NCBI GenBank assembly: GCA_043782755.1
Contig: JAYWAC010000001.1
Coordinates: forward strand, 1-52,701
Direction of reading: 5' to 3'
Source: Pseudomonadota bacterium
GTDB taxonomy: Bacteria; Pseudomonadota; Gammaproteobacteria; Ga0077536
Length of the DNA stretch: 52,701 nucleotides
The notes under the pieces: model-generated
Database searches by the model: none
The model's input: only the letters and a program-made list of their open reading frames with translations
What the model was told of the DNA's origin: nothing
Position numbers and translations under genes: made by a program
In this document: in pieces, positions 19,406 through 28,577 of the stretch
Layout of the letters: the number at the start of each line of letters is the position of its first letter
Numbering within the stretch: the stretch's first letter is position 1

Positions 19406-20344
19406 TCAAGGCAGGACTTGTGTTGTCCACTGCGGACAGTCGTGGGCGTCCCAGTAATCCTGCCGCAGGGCGAGCGTTGTCGCGCCGGGCCGGCCATCTC
19501 CGATCGGCACACCGTCGAGACACGTCACCGGCATCACGCCGCCGGCGGTACTGGTGAGGAAGATTTCGTCGGCCTCACGCAGTCGCTCGGCGCCGAACAT
19601 GGTGACCTCGGTGTGAATGTCGCGCCTGGCCGCGAGCTCAATGACGGTATCGCGGGTGATGCCGAGCAGCACCCCGCTTGCGGGTGTCCACAAGCGTCCT
19701 GCGCTGACGACGAACAGGTTGAAGCCTGGGCCTTCGGTCACTTGACCGGCGGCATTCAGTAACACCACGGTATGGGCTTCGCGCTCAAAGGCTTCGAACA
19801 GGCCACGGGTCAGATCGCCCCACTGGAAATTCTTGACCGTCGGGTCGACGGCACTGGCATCGATACGCACCACGTCGCGCGCGATGACGAGATGCGTGCC
19901 GCGCAATTGATCGTCGGGCTTGACCAGCCACACATAGGGCACGGCAAAGGCATAGAAGCGATTGATGAAATTGCGCGGGTCGCGATCGCCGGGCGGTGGT
20001 GAGCCGCGCGTCACGATCATTTCGACATAGCTATCCTTGAGCCCGCTGCGTCGTACGCATTCGATCAAGACCTCGCGCATCGCCGCCCGGCTCAAGGGCG
20101 GCTTGAGCCGCAGCGCCTGCCACGAGCGTTCGAAACGCGCGAGGTGGTCGTCGAGACGGAAAAAGCGTCCCGCCCAGGTCGCGACCACGTCGTAGGTGCA
20201 GTCCGAGCGCGTGAAGCCGGTGTCGGTGATCGGAATACGCGCTTGGTCTATCGGCACGAAATGGCCGTCGATATACGCGCAACCTGCGGCATAGACCGCG
20301 TCGGGTGCTGTCGTGACTTGCATGTCGCGGGCCGAAGTGTTCAT
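19406..20344 (-). CDS. fold type IV aminotransferase, (R)-selective amine transaminase-like
   Basis: Blocks GRFFRLDDH, SYVEMIVTRG, PYVW, DPTVKNFQWGDLTRG, TEGPGFN, LGITR and EIFLTSTAGGVMPV closely follow my recall of the fungal and bacterial R-ATA sequences. Confidence 0.75.
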   Translation of the reverse strand: MNTSARDMQVTTAPDAVYAAGCAYIDGHFVPIDQARIPITDTGFTRSDCTYDVVATWAGRFFRLDDHLARFERSWQALRLKPPLSRAAMREVLIECVRRSGLKDSYVEMIVTRGSPPPGDRDPRNFINRFYAFAVPYVWLVKPDDQLRGTHLVIARDVVRIDASAVDPTVKNFQWGDLTRGLFEAFEREAHTVVLLNAAGQVTEGPGFNLFVVSAGRLWTPASGVLLGITRDTVIELAARRDIHTEVTMFGAERLREADEIFLTSTAGGVMPVTCLDGVPIGDGRPGATTLALRQDYWDAHDCPQWTTQVLP

Positions 20345-20353
20345 GGTCTGACC

Positions 20354-21688
20354 TCAGAAGTTGTAGGACAGATAGGTCTGGATGACCCAGAAATTTTTGT
20401 CGCCATAGACCTGGCGCGCGGCGGCGTTGGGCGTCGACCAGGCCAGGCCGGCATAGCCGAAAAAGCGATCGCCGACGAAATGCTCAACACCGAAATTGAG
20501 TTCGTCCGCCCAATTGGTCGCGGTGAGTTGCTTGGCGAAGTAGTGCGGCTGTTCGAGTTGATGGTGATAGTAGTAGAAAGTCAGCGACCACTCTCGCAGC
20601 GGGAAGGTCTTCAGCTTGACCATCTGCGTGATCTGGTTTTCGTTGTACAGATGATATTCGCCGGCGATCTCGCCTTGATACCAGGTGTCCCAGTCACGGC
20701 GGAAGATGGTGTAGAAGAGCCCGCGGTATTCTTCGTTGGTGCGGGTGGTCGGGTCGTCGCCCTGCATCCATGCATAGCGGTAGTTCAATCGCGTCAGCCA
20801 CGGCAGGCCGGGCACGGTGAACTCGCCTTCCACATACCAGGCGGTGGCATCATTCGGCGCGCCGCCGCCCTGAATGTCGTGACCGCGCTCCAACACCCAC
20901 TCGCCATAGAGCTTAAGCGCCGGCACACCAGGCACCTTGATGCCGGCGCCACGGAAATTCCAGACCTTCATGCCGTCGTAATTGAACGCGCCACCCTGTA
21001 AGACTTCGGCATACATGGCACCCAGCACGCCGAAGCTGTCGGCGGTGGTGGTCTCGATATTGATGCCGGCTACCCGCGCGTCCTTGAAATCGGTATCGGT
21101 GCGCAGCCAGAACAAGTCGGCGCGCAAGGGCTTGGTGTTGACTTTGAGGATGGCGGAGTTGCGCCACGAGAGGAAACCGCCCGACCAGTACTGGCCGTTC
21201 TCACCACCTTTGTTGTAGTTGCCGTCGCCGATGATGAAGCCGTCGCCGACCGAGAATTCCTGACCCCCGACCGAGAGATCGACCACATCATTGCGCCAGC
21301 CGAGATAGGCGTGATCGGTGCTGACCGCCCAGTCACCGGCCCGCGCGGTCTGACCGGAGATCTCGCCGTCGAGTTGGGTGGTGGCGGCCACCACCGACAG
21401 TGCGCCATACAGCGACGACTCACCCAGCAGCGCGACATTCGCGAGCGGAAGTTTCAGATCGATCTTGGGCTTGGCGACCAGATAGGCGGTCGATCTCTCG
21501 GTCTCGCCGCGGCTGTCGATGGCGCCAAAACCATAGTTGATGCCCTCACCGTACTGCAGCGTAAGGATGGTCTTGAAACTTGGCTTGATGTTGAGTGGGC
21601 CCAACTGCACCGCGTCGAAGGCCTGCGCCGGGTGCAATAGGAGCAGCGCCGCGCAGGCCGCCGCCCACGCGCAGGTTTTGTGCGACAT
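20354..21688 (-). CDS. outer-membrane beta-barrel protein (porin-like, family unassigned)
   Basis: Signal peptide ...LLLLHPAQA, alternating aromatic/Gly-rich strands, and a C-terminal ...YLSYNF (terminal Phe typical of OMPs). Confidence 0.6.
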   Translation of the reverse strand: MSHKTCAWAAACAALLLLHPAQAFDAVQLGPLNIKPSFKTILTLQYGEGINYGFGAIDSRGETERSTAYLVAKPKIDLKLPLANVALLGESSLYGALSVVAATTQLDGEISGQTARAGDWAVSTDHAYLGWRNDVVDLSVGGQEFSVGDGFIIGDGNYNKGGENGQYWSGGFLSWRNSAILKVNTKPLRADLFWLRTDTDFKDARVAGINIETTTADSFGVLGAMYAEVLQGGAFNYDGMKVWNFRGAGIKVPGVPALKLYGEWVLERGHDIQGGGAPNDATAWYVEGEFTVPGLPWLTRLNYRYAWMQGDDPTTRTNEEYRGLFYTIFRRDWDTWYQGEIAGEYHLYNENQITQMVKLKTFPLREWSLTFYYYHHQLEQPHYFAKQLTATNWADELNFGVEHFVGDRFFGYAGLAWSTPNAAARQVYGDKNFWVIQTYLSYNF

Positions 21689-21719
21689 CGACCTCTCCCA
21701 GGGTGAGCGAAGTGTGGCT

Positions 21720-22721
21720 TTAGATCAGCAGTTCAGCGAGTGCTTGGTCGACGAAGGCATTGTCCGCCGCGTCGATGCCAAAGCCCGCGCCATGGCCCCA
21801 CTTCGATGGGATGGGACGCAATTCGGCATGCGGCATGCGCGCGACTTCATAGGCGTTATCGGGCACACGAAAGTACAGATCCGTTTCGCCGGGCATCACG
21901 ATCGCGCGACATTTAATGCCCTGCAAGGCCGCATCGAAGTCACCTTGATAGCGCGGGTTGGCGCTGATATCGCCGGCCATCCAGGTGCGCGCCATGGCGA
22001 TCAGATCGTTGGCATCGTTGGCGAGGAAGTAGCGCTGGGTGAATTTCACCACGTCGTCGCGACTGGCGAGACCGAGTTGGGTATAGAGTCGTTCACGGAA
22101 GAAGTCCTGGGAGAACAACCAGGCCGCATAGACATGACCAAAGGCCAGCACGCCGCGTAGCGGCTGGCTCTCATACCAGCCGTCCTTGAAAGCGGGATCG
22201 AGCTTGAGTGCATTGACCGCGCTCTCGACAAACACATAGTTATGGGCGGCGGTGCGCGCCGCGCCGCAGATAGGCGCGATGGCGTCGACCATCTCGGCGA
22301 ACAGTGCGCCCCATTGGAAAGACTGCTGGGCACCCATGGAAAAGCCCGTTACCAGCCGGATGCGTTTCACGCCCAGGTGTTCGGTCAACAGACGATGCTG
22401 GCACATGACGTTGTCGTAGACGGTGGTGAGCGGAAAGCCGCCTCGGCCGTAGGGCGCCGAGGTGTTGCTGGGCGAGGTCGAACAACCGTTGCCGAGCATA
22501 TTCGGAATGACCACGAAGTAGCGGCTGGTATCGATGACACGACCGGGCGCGACCATGAATTCCGTCTCACTGTGTCGACCACCGTAGAAGGTTGGAATGA
22601 CCACCACGTTGTCGGCTGCGGGCGCGAGCTTGCCGAAGGTCTTGTAGGCCAGCTTCACGTCGAGCGTGTAGCCGCTCTGGGTGGCGAAGCCCGGAATCTC
22701 GTAGGTCTGCAAATCTGACAT
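21720..22721 (-). CDS. alpha/beta hydrolase, homoserine O-acetyltransferase (MetX)-like
   Basis: Nucleophile elbow GFSMGA. The overall MetX-like layout has C-terminal ...GHGAG (recall). Confidence 0.7.
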   Translation of the reverse strand: MSDLQTYEIPGFATQSGYTLDVKLAYKTFGKLAPAADNVVVIPTFYGGRHSETEFMVAPGRVIDTSRYFVVIPNMLGNGCSTSPSNTSAPYGRGGFPLTTVYDNVMCQHRLLTEHLGVKRIRLVTGFSMGAQQSFQWGALFAEMVDAIAPICGAARTAAHNYVFVESAVNALKLDPAFKDGWYESQPLRGVLAFGHVYAAWLFSQDFFRERLYTQLGLASRDDVVKFTQRYFLANDANDLIAMARTWMAGDISANPRYQGDFDAALQGIKCRAIVMPGETDLYFRVPDNAYEVARMPHAELRPIPSKWGHGAGFGIDAADNAFVDQALAELLI

Positions 22722-22997
22722 GCGTACTTACCCCTGGTTGCCACGACCGTCAATGGCGTGGGCGATGGCTAAGGGCCGATCCTAGCATCGTGACCAGGCC
22801 GTCGACGCCGCGATGGCTAGTCTAGTGCTGAGCACGACTGGGCAGTGATTCAGAACGCCACTCGGCTGACCGCTATAGAAAGCTGCAGGCGGGGGCGATG
22901 TTGCGTCGCGCTGTCCGCGCGAGGCGGGTATGCTTGCCGCCCATCGCGGGGCGGTAAACGGCGGCGCACTGGGTAGGGACTTCGGCATGGCGGGCTC

Positions 22998-23996
22998 GTG
23001 AGCGGACAATCAGCACTCATCGTTGGTGGCGGCGCGGTCGGCGTCGATTTTCACCTGCCGCGCCTGTTCACGCACTGTGGTATGGCCGAGGTCGCCATCG
23101 TAGAGATCGATGCGCGACGTCGAGCTGCGCTCGCCGCCAAGCTGCGCGGACGCACTGACGTGCAGGTATTACCCAGCGTGCCCGAGGGGCGTGCCTACAA
23201 CATCGCCGTCATTGCCACGCCGCCGCGCTTGCATGCCCCCTATGTCGAGCAGCTCAAGAGCCGCTGCGAAAAGCTCGTCATAGAGAAACCGTTGGCCCAC
23301 GATCTGGTCGCTACCGAGGCGATAGTCGCGAGCCTCGCGCAGGCTTCGACCCAGACCTTCGTCTGTCACATCCGCCGTGCGCTGGGTAGCTTCGTGCTGG
23401 TGCGCGAGCTTCGTCAGCGCGGCACCTTTGGCAGGCTGCTTGAAGTCCGCATGGCCGAGGGCGGGGTGTTCAACTGGAAGGCGGCGTCGATAGGATCTTT
23501 CTCGCGCGAGCTGAACGGTGGCGGCGTGTTACAGGATACCGGTCCCCATGCCCTCGATCTGCTCTGCCAGGTGTTCGATAGCCTGAGCTTGGAACGCGCC
23601 TGGATGGATGCCGATCTGCGACATGGCACGCGCGCTATCGAGGCCAACTGTGTGTTGCGACTGCGGGGCGATGATGAGGTCGGCGTCGAACTCTGCTTAA
23701 GTCGCAATCGTAATTTTTCTAACCAAGCGAGCTTTCGTTTCGAAGGCGCGAGCGTGTCGGTCGATGTGCGCGACAACACCCTGCGCTGGTCTATCGACGA
23801 CCAGCTCGGCATGCAGGGCGTGGCGCTGGGTGGCCCGCTGCAGCGTCTCGAATACCACGAATTGTTTGACGCCTTCTACCAGCGTTTCGTCGCGGCCGGC
23901 GACAATCGTGGCGTGACCGTCAACGATGCACTGCGGGTCGCGCGCCTCATCGATGCAGCCTATCGCCGCAGCGAAGTCTTGGCGGGGGGATTTTGA
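22998..23996 (+). CDS. Gfo/Idh/MocA-family oxidoreductase
   Basis: N-terminal Rossmann motif ALIVGGGAVG plus the EKPLA motif. A GTG start at 22998 is needed to retain the Rossmann motif. Confidence 0.7.
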   Translation: MSGQSALIVGGGAVGVDFHLPRLFTHCGMAEVAIVEIDARRRAALAAKLRGRTDVQVLPSVPEGRAYNIAVIATPPRLHAPYVEQLKSRCEKLVIEKPLAHDLVATEAIVASLAQASTQTFVCHIRRALGSFVLVRELRQRGTFGRLLEVRMAEGGVFNWKAASIGSFSRELNGGGVLQDTGPHALDLLCQVFDSLSLERAWMDADLRHGTRAIEANCVLRLRGDDEVGVELCLSRNRNFSNQASFRFEGASVSVDVRDNTLRWSIDDQLGMQGVALGGPLQRLEYHELFDAFYQRFVAAGDNRGVTVNDALRVARLIDAAYRRSEVLAGGF

Positions 23997-25117
23997 TGAA
24001 GGTCGCGGTCTTCGGCGGCTCGGGATTTCTCGGCTATGACTTCGTGCGACTCGCGCTGCAAGAAGGCGGCTGCGCGCCGGTGGTGTATTCGAGCAGCGCC
24101 AAGAGTCTCTCCAATGTCGCTCGTCACGAAGTCGACATTCGTCTCTATCCGTCGGCCGACCCGGCGGCCGTGGTGCTGGATACGGATGCCGAACTGCTGA
24201 TCAATTTCTCCCATCCTTTTGAGCGGCGCGACGGCATCAGCGGTACCGCACAGGTTGCGCGCTTTGCCGATTTCGTCGGGCGAGCACGCCGGCGCAATCC
24301 GCGTTTACGTCTCATCCATACCAGCTCGATGTCGGTCTACGAACCGTTCGCGGCAGACGTTAAGTTCGAGGAAGGCGCCGCCCTGCATCCGCCGCGCCAT
24401 GATCGTTATGCACGGGAGAAGGTGTGCGCGGAACAGGCTTTGCTGGCGCTGCCCGATGCTGCAAGCTGGCAGCTGCATCTGCGCCCGACGGTGGTCTATG
24501 GGCCATTTTGCGGGGTGTGGACTGATCGCATTTTTGAGGCCTTTACCGCTGGCAACGTCGCCTGCCATTCGCTTGCCGGACGCATCCAGCCGCTGTTGGG
24601 TGCCGATCTGTCGCGCTTCATACTTGCGCGCCTGACGGATTTTCGTGCTGGTATCTACAACGTGCCTGGTCCGGAAATTCTCACTTGGCAGGAATTCTTC
24701 ACCGTCTTTCAGGACATTGCCGCAAGCGGCAAGCTCCAGCTGCACCAGGCTGGGGTCGGCGACAACGAAAGCCGGTGGCGTTTCTATGCGAGCAACCTGC
24801 GCGAGTTGCTGCATGCAGTGCGCAAGGAGCCGGCGTTTGATCGGATGGCTTTGAGCATCGCGCGTCATCTGCCTGAGCACTGCGTGCAGCGCATTCGGCA
24901 AATGCTGTTTGGTCGCGGTGAACGGGCCGCTGTCGTCACTCGGGAGCGCGGGACCAGCGACTATCTGCGACCGTTCTTCGCCGAAGACCGCTTGGTGTCA
25001 GCGGCGCATATCAAGCGCGACTTCCCCGATTTCAAGCCTCGGTCTGTGCACGCGAGCCACGACGAGCTGGGGCGATATTTCCGCTATCGTTTCGGCGACG
25101 ATAGTTTCATCGCTTGA
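23993..25117 (+). CDS. NAD-dependent epimerase/dehydratase (extended SDR)
   Basis: VAVFGGSGFLG and the catalytic YAREK (YxxxK). The start overlaps the upstream stop (ATGA). Confidence 0.8.
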   Translation: MMKVAVFGGSGFLGYDFVRLALQEGGCAPVVYSSSAKSLSNVARHEVDIRLYPSADPAAVVLDTDAELLINFSHPFERRDGISGTAQVARFADFVGRARRRNPRLRLIHTSSMSVYEPFAADVKFEEGAALHPPRHDRYAREKVCAEQALLALPDAASWQLHLRPTVVYGPFCGVWTDRIFEAFTAGNVACHSLAGRIQPLLGADLSRFILARLTDFRAGIYNVPGPEILTWQEFFTVFQDIAASGKLQLHQAGVGDNESRWRFYASNLRELLHAVRKEPAFDRMALSIARHLPEHCVQRIRQMLFGRGERAAVVTRERGTSDYLRPFFAEDRLVSAAHIKRDFPDFKPRSVHASHDELGRYFRYRFGDDSFIA

Positions 25118-25122
25118 GTACG

Positions 25123-25998
25123 ATGTTAGGCACGACCCCGCTGCTGACCCCAGTGACGCGGCCGCTGCGGCGCTTGTTACGCTTCCTCGGCGATGGCTTG
25201 CGGGCGCCCGTCGCTTGTCGTATCTGTGGTGCGGACACTATCAGGCGTGCGGCCTATCTGCGGGTCTTCAATCAATGTCGTGAATGTGATTTTATCTTTG
25301 CCATCACCTATGACGAGCGTAAAAGCCGCGCTGGCATGGGGCTCGATGGCTCCTGGACGGGCTTCGGCGGTGGCGGGCATCGCGAGTATTTCCTGGCCCG
25401 ACAGATGATGCATGAGTTGGGACGCGCGCGCCTCCTGCTCTATGGAACAGGTAACACGCCGACCTTCGCCAAGTTGCGGGAGGAGGGCAGCGACGTGGTC
25501 GGTTGCGATATCAGCCGTGAGGTCGTGGCCACCAAACAGCAGGCTTTCGGCGCGGCGCGATTCATGACGCCGGAACAACTACCGCGTCAGGCGAACTTCG
25601 ACGCGGTCATCGCGGTTGAGGTCATCGAACATCTTCTGGAGCCGGCGACAAGCTTCGCGCAACTGTTTGCACTGTTGCGGCCAGGCGGCATCATCTGCGG
25701 CACCACCAATTGCTGGCCGGGCGGGTCTATCGTCGACGGTAACCGCCCCGGCTATATGAGCGATATTGCCCATGTCGCCTATTGGAGTGAGCGCAATCTG
25801 CGACGGCTTGCCGCGAACTACGGCTACAGCGTCGCCTTGCATGAGATGGTGCGTCCCGGCAGCGTGTTGCCGGACGAACGTTTCGGACAACTGTGGCCAA
25901 ACAAACGGGTTTTCTTCCTGTTCGACGCCGCGTTCCATGGCGAATATTTCGCGAGTCTCAAGCAGCGGCAACCCGTATTGCCGATAGATAGACCGTGA
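25123..25998 (+). CDS. class I SAM-dependent methyltransferase with an N-terminal Cys4 zinc-ribbon
   Basis: CRICG...CRECD forms the ribbon. The motif-I-like segment is LLLYGTGNTPTFAKLREEGSDVVGCDIS. An alternative TTG start at 25114 overlaps the upstream stop. Confidence 0.7.
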   Translation: MLGTTPLLTPVTRPLRRLLRFLGDGLRAPVACRICGADTIRRAAYLRVFNQCRECDFIFAITYDERKSRAGMGLDGSWTGFGGGGHREYFLARQMMHELGRARLLLYGTGNTPTFAKLREEGSDVVGCDISREVVATKQQAFGAARFMTPEQLPRQANFDAVIAVEVIEHLLEPATSFAQLFALLRPGGIICGTTNCWPGGSIVDGNRPGYMSDIAHVAYWSERNLRRLAANYGYSVALHEMVRPGSVLPDERFGQLWPNKRVFFLFDAAFHGEYFASLKQRQPVLPIDRP

Positions 25999-26032
25999 AT
26001 GCGGCTGTGCAAAGTTGCCGTCAGGAGACCAC

Positions 26033-26860
26033 ATGAAACCGCACTATCTCGACGGCCTCGCGTCCTGGGAGCGAGTGTTGTTCAAGTGCGCGCGACTGGC
26101 GGGATGTTCGCGGGCCTTCTATGCCGGCTATCAAGCTTGGCACGGCGACCTGCCGGCGATAACGTCGTTTGCCCGGCGCCACGCTGGCCAGCGCTGTTTC
26201 ATCATGGGCGGCGGTCCGTCATTGAAGCTCATCGACCCGCGGCCGTTACGCCATGAGTTCACCTTCGGCGTGAACGGCATATTCCTCATCTACGACTGGC
26301 TGGGGTTCGAACCCAGCTACTATGTGGTGGAGGATTTTCTGGTCTTCGAGGATCGCTGGCGCGAGATCCACGCAAGGGTGAGGGCATCGACCTGCTTTTT
26401 CCCCACGCATTTCCACTACGCCGACTTCGTGCAAAGCAATCATCACTATTTCCGCGCGATCTATGATTTCGACCCTCGCGCGGGTTTTCCGAATTTCTCA
26501 ACGAACCCAGCCCGCCTGATGTGGATAGGTGGTACCGTCACCTACATCTGTCTGCAGCTCGCCTTGTATATGGGTTTCAGCGAGATCTATTTGATCGGCA
26601 TGGATCACAACTACCAGCGCCCGGCCCATGTGCGTAGCGTCGGCGATGTGTGGACCTCCCACGGCGACGACCCTAACCATTTTCACCCGCAGTACTTCGG
26701 TGCCGGCTATCGCTGGCACGACCCGCAAGTCGATCGCATGGAAACGGCCTATCGCAAGGCACGCGAGGTCTATACCAGCGCTGGCGCGACCGTCTTCAAC
26801 GCCACGGTTGGTGGCCATCTCGAAGTCTTTGAGCGGGTCGACTATGCGAGCCTGTTCTGA
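26033..26860 (+). CDS. DUF115 / MptE-like protein (Maf motility-accessory-factor core), putative glycosyltransferase
   Basis: FIMGGGPSL and GGTVTYICLQLALYMGFSEIYLIGMDHNY match the DUF115 signature I recall. AGGAGA lies 4 nt upstream of the ATG at 26033. Confidence 0.7.
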   Translation: MKPHYLDGLASWERVLFKCARLAGCSRAFYAGYQAWHGDLPAITSFARRHAGQRCFIMGGGPSLKLIDPRPLRHEFTFGVNGIFLIYDWLGFEPSYYVVEDFLVFEDRWREIHARVRASTCFFPTHFHYADFVQSNHHYFRAIYDFDPRAGFPNFSTNPARLMWIGGTVTYICLQLALYMGFSEIYLIGMDHNYQRPAHVRSVGDVWTSHGDDPNHFHPQYFGAGYRWHDPQVDRMETAYRKAREVYTSAGATVFNATVGGHLEVFERVDYASLF

Positions 26861-26869
26861 GGGCCTGAC

Positions 26870-27850
26870 ATGAGCGCATCGACACAGCGCGTCAGTGTGA
26901 TCATCCGTTGTTGTAACGAAGAGCAGCATATCGGTCGCCTGCTGTCGGGCATCCTTGAGCAGACCCTGAGCGAAGTGGAGATCATCGTGGTCGATTCCGG
27001 TTCGACCGACGCGACACTCGCCATCGCCTCTCGTTACCCGGTGCAGATCCGCCACATCGCGCGCGAAAACTTCTCCTTCGGTCGCTCCCTGAATATCGGC
27101 TGCGCGGCGGCGCGCGGCGAATTCCTGGTGATTGCAAGCGCCCATGTCTACCCGATTTACCGTGACTGGCTGGAAAAGTTGATCGCGCCCTTTGACGATG
27201 AACGTGTGGCGGTGGTCTACGGCCAGCAGCGTGGTGACGAGCGCAGCAAGTACGCCGAACAACAGATCTTCGAGAAACTCTATCCGGCCGGCCCGGCGCA
27301 GATCACCGACGGTTATTTCTGCAATAACGCCAATGCCGCCGTGCGTCGTGCGCTATGGCTGGAACTGCCCTATAACGAAGCCCTCACTGGACTCGAGGAT
27401 CTGGCTTGGGCTAAGGCCATCGGTGAGCGTGGACTACGGGTCGCCTATCAGGGCGAGGCGGGGGTCATCCATGTGCACGATGAGCGTTGGCGCCAGGTCT
27501 TGAACCGCTACCAGCGCGAGGCTATCGCCTTGAAGAAGATCGCGCCTGAAGAGCATTTTGGAGTGGGCGATTTCGTCGGCTGCTTCGTCAGCAATGTGCT
27601 GTCCGATCTGCGCCATGCCCATCGTGAAGCGCGTTTGCGCGAGGTCTGGATGGGCGTGCTGCGGTTTCGCTTCATGCAGTTCTGGGGGACTTATCGCGGC
27701 TTTGCGAGTGGCGCTGCGATCCCCGACAATCTCAAGCAGACTTTCTACTATCCCAAAGGCTGGGACCATGAACCGGAGACGTCAGGCAACGAGCACCGTG
27801 CGGCATTGCGTATTCCCTACGCGGCGCTGGGCGATGAAGACGAACCCTGA
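26870..27850 (+). CDS. family 2 glycosyltransferase
   Basis: VSVIIRCCNEEQHI...IIVVDSGSTD is the N-terminal GT-A signature. Confidence 0.8.
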   Translation: MSASTQRVSVIIRCCNEEQHIGRLLSGILEQTLSEVEIIVVDSGSTDATLAIASRYPVQIRHIARENFSFGRSLNIGCAAARGEFLVIASAHVYPIYRDWLEKLIAPFDDERVAVVYGQQRGDERSKYAEQQIFEKLYPAGPAQITDGYFCNNANAAVRRALWLELPYNEALTGLEDLAWAKAIGERGLRVAYQGEAGVIHVHDERWRQVLNRYQREAIALKKIAPEEHFGVGDFVGCFVSNVLSDLRHAHREARLREVWMGVLRFRFMQFWGTYRGFASGAAIPDNLKQTFYYPKGWDHEPETSGNEHRAALRIPYAALGDEDEP

Positions 27851-27892
27851 GGCTGTTACTGTCGACAGTACAACAAGGGGGAGTGTGCGCTG

Positions 27893-28573
27893 ATGCCTGA
27901 GCGCAAACTGGTCGCGCTACTACCGATGAAGGCCCACAGCGAGCGCCTGCCGGGCAAGAACTTCCGCGTCCTGGGCAGCAAGCCCTTGTACGCCTGGATG
28001 CTCGATACCCTGCTCGCGATCGAAGACATCGATACCGTGGTGATCAACACCGATGCCGTGGCGGCGCTGGGTGACGATGCGCGTCTGCGCCAGCCGCGCG
28101 TGCAGGTGCGCGCGCGCGCTGCGGCACTGTGCGGGGATTTCGTTAGCATGAATCTCATCATCGCCGACGATATCGCGGCGGTGCCGGCCGACAGCTATCT
28201 CATGACCCACGTCACCAATCCCTTCCTGTCGGTTGCCACTATCGGCGCGGCGGTCGCCACCTATGATGCCGGTCTTGCGGCGGGCGACGCCGATTCGCTA
28301 TTCACGGTCACACGCCATCAGACCCGTTTCTATCGCGCCGATGGCAGTGCCATCAACCATGATCCGGCTAATCTCATTCGTACTCAGGATCTGGAACCCT
28401 GGTTCGAGGAAAACTCCTGCATGTATTTGTTCAGCGCCGCGAGTTTCGCCCGCACCCAAGCGCGTATCGGCGACCACCCCATCCTGTTTCCGATCCCCAA
28501 ACGCGAGGCGGTGGATATCGACGAGCAGGATGACTGGAACGTCGCGGCCTTGCTGGCCGCAGGCATGAGCTGA
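27893..28573 (+). CDS. acylneuraminate cytidylyltransferase-family (CTP_transf_3, NeuA/PtmB-like) enzyme
   Basis: VALLPMKAHSERLPGKNFRVLGSKPL corresponds to the N-terminal nucleotide-binding loop of CMP-sugar synthetases. Confidence 0.75.
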   Translation: MPERKLVALLPMKAHSERLPGKNFRVLGSKPLYAWMLDTLLAIEDIDTVVINTDAVAALGDDARLRQPRVQVRARAAALCGDFVSMNLIIADDIAAVPADSYLMTHVTNPFLSVATIGAAVATYDAGLAAGDADSLFTVTRHQTRFYRADGSAINHDPANLIRTQDLEPWFEENSCMYLFSAASFARTQARIGDHPILFPIPKREAVDIDEQDDWNVAALLAAGMS

Positions 28574-28577
28574 AGCG

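Noticed and set aside
22722-22997. Divergent 276-bp control region between the hydrolase operon and the glycan island, scanned for sigma54 and sigma28 motifs
   Set aside because: I found only partial matches (for example GG-N11-GC near 22925-22942) with wrong spacing. No promoter call can be supported.
25980-25987. GCCGATAG, a good sigma28 -10 box about 45 nt upstream of the DUF115 gene
   Set aside because: There is no TAAA-type -35 element at the required distance. The nearest, TCAAG, is about 2 nt too far. The site lies inside the methyltransferase coding sequence. It would have linked the island to the FliA regulon, but the evidence is insufficient.
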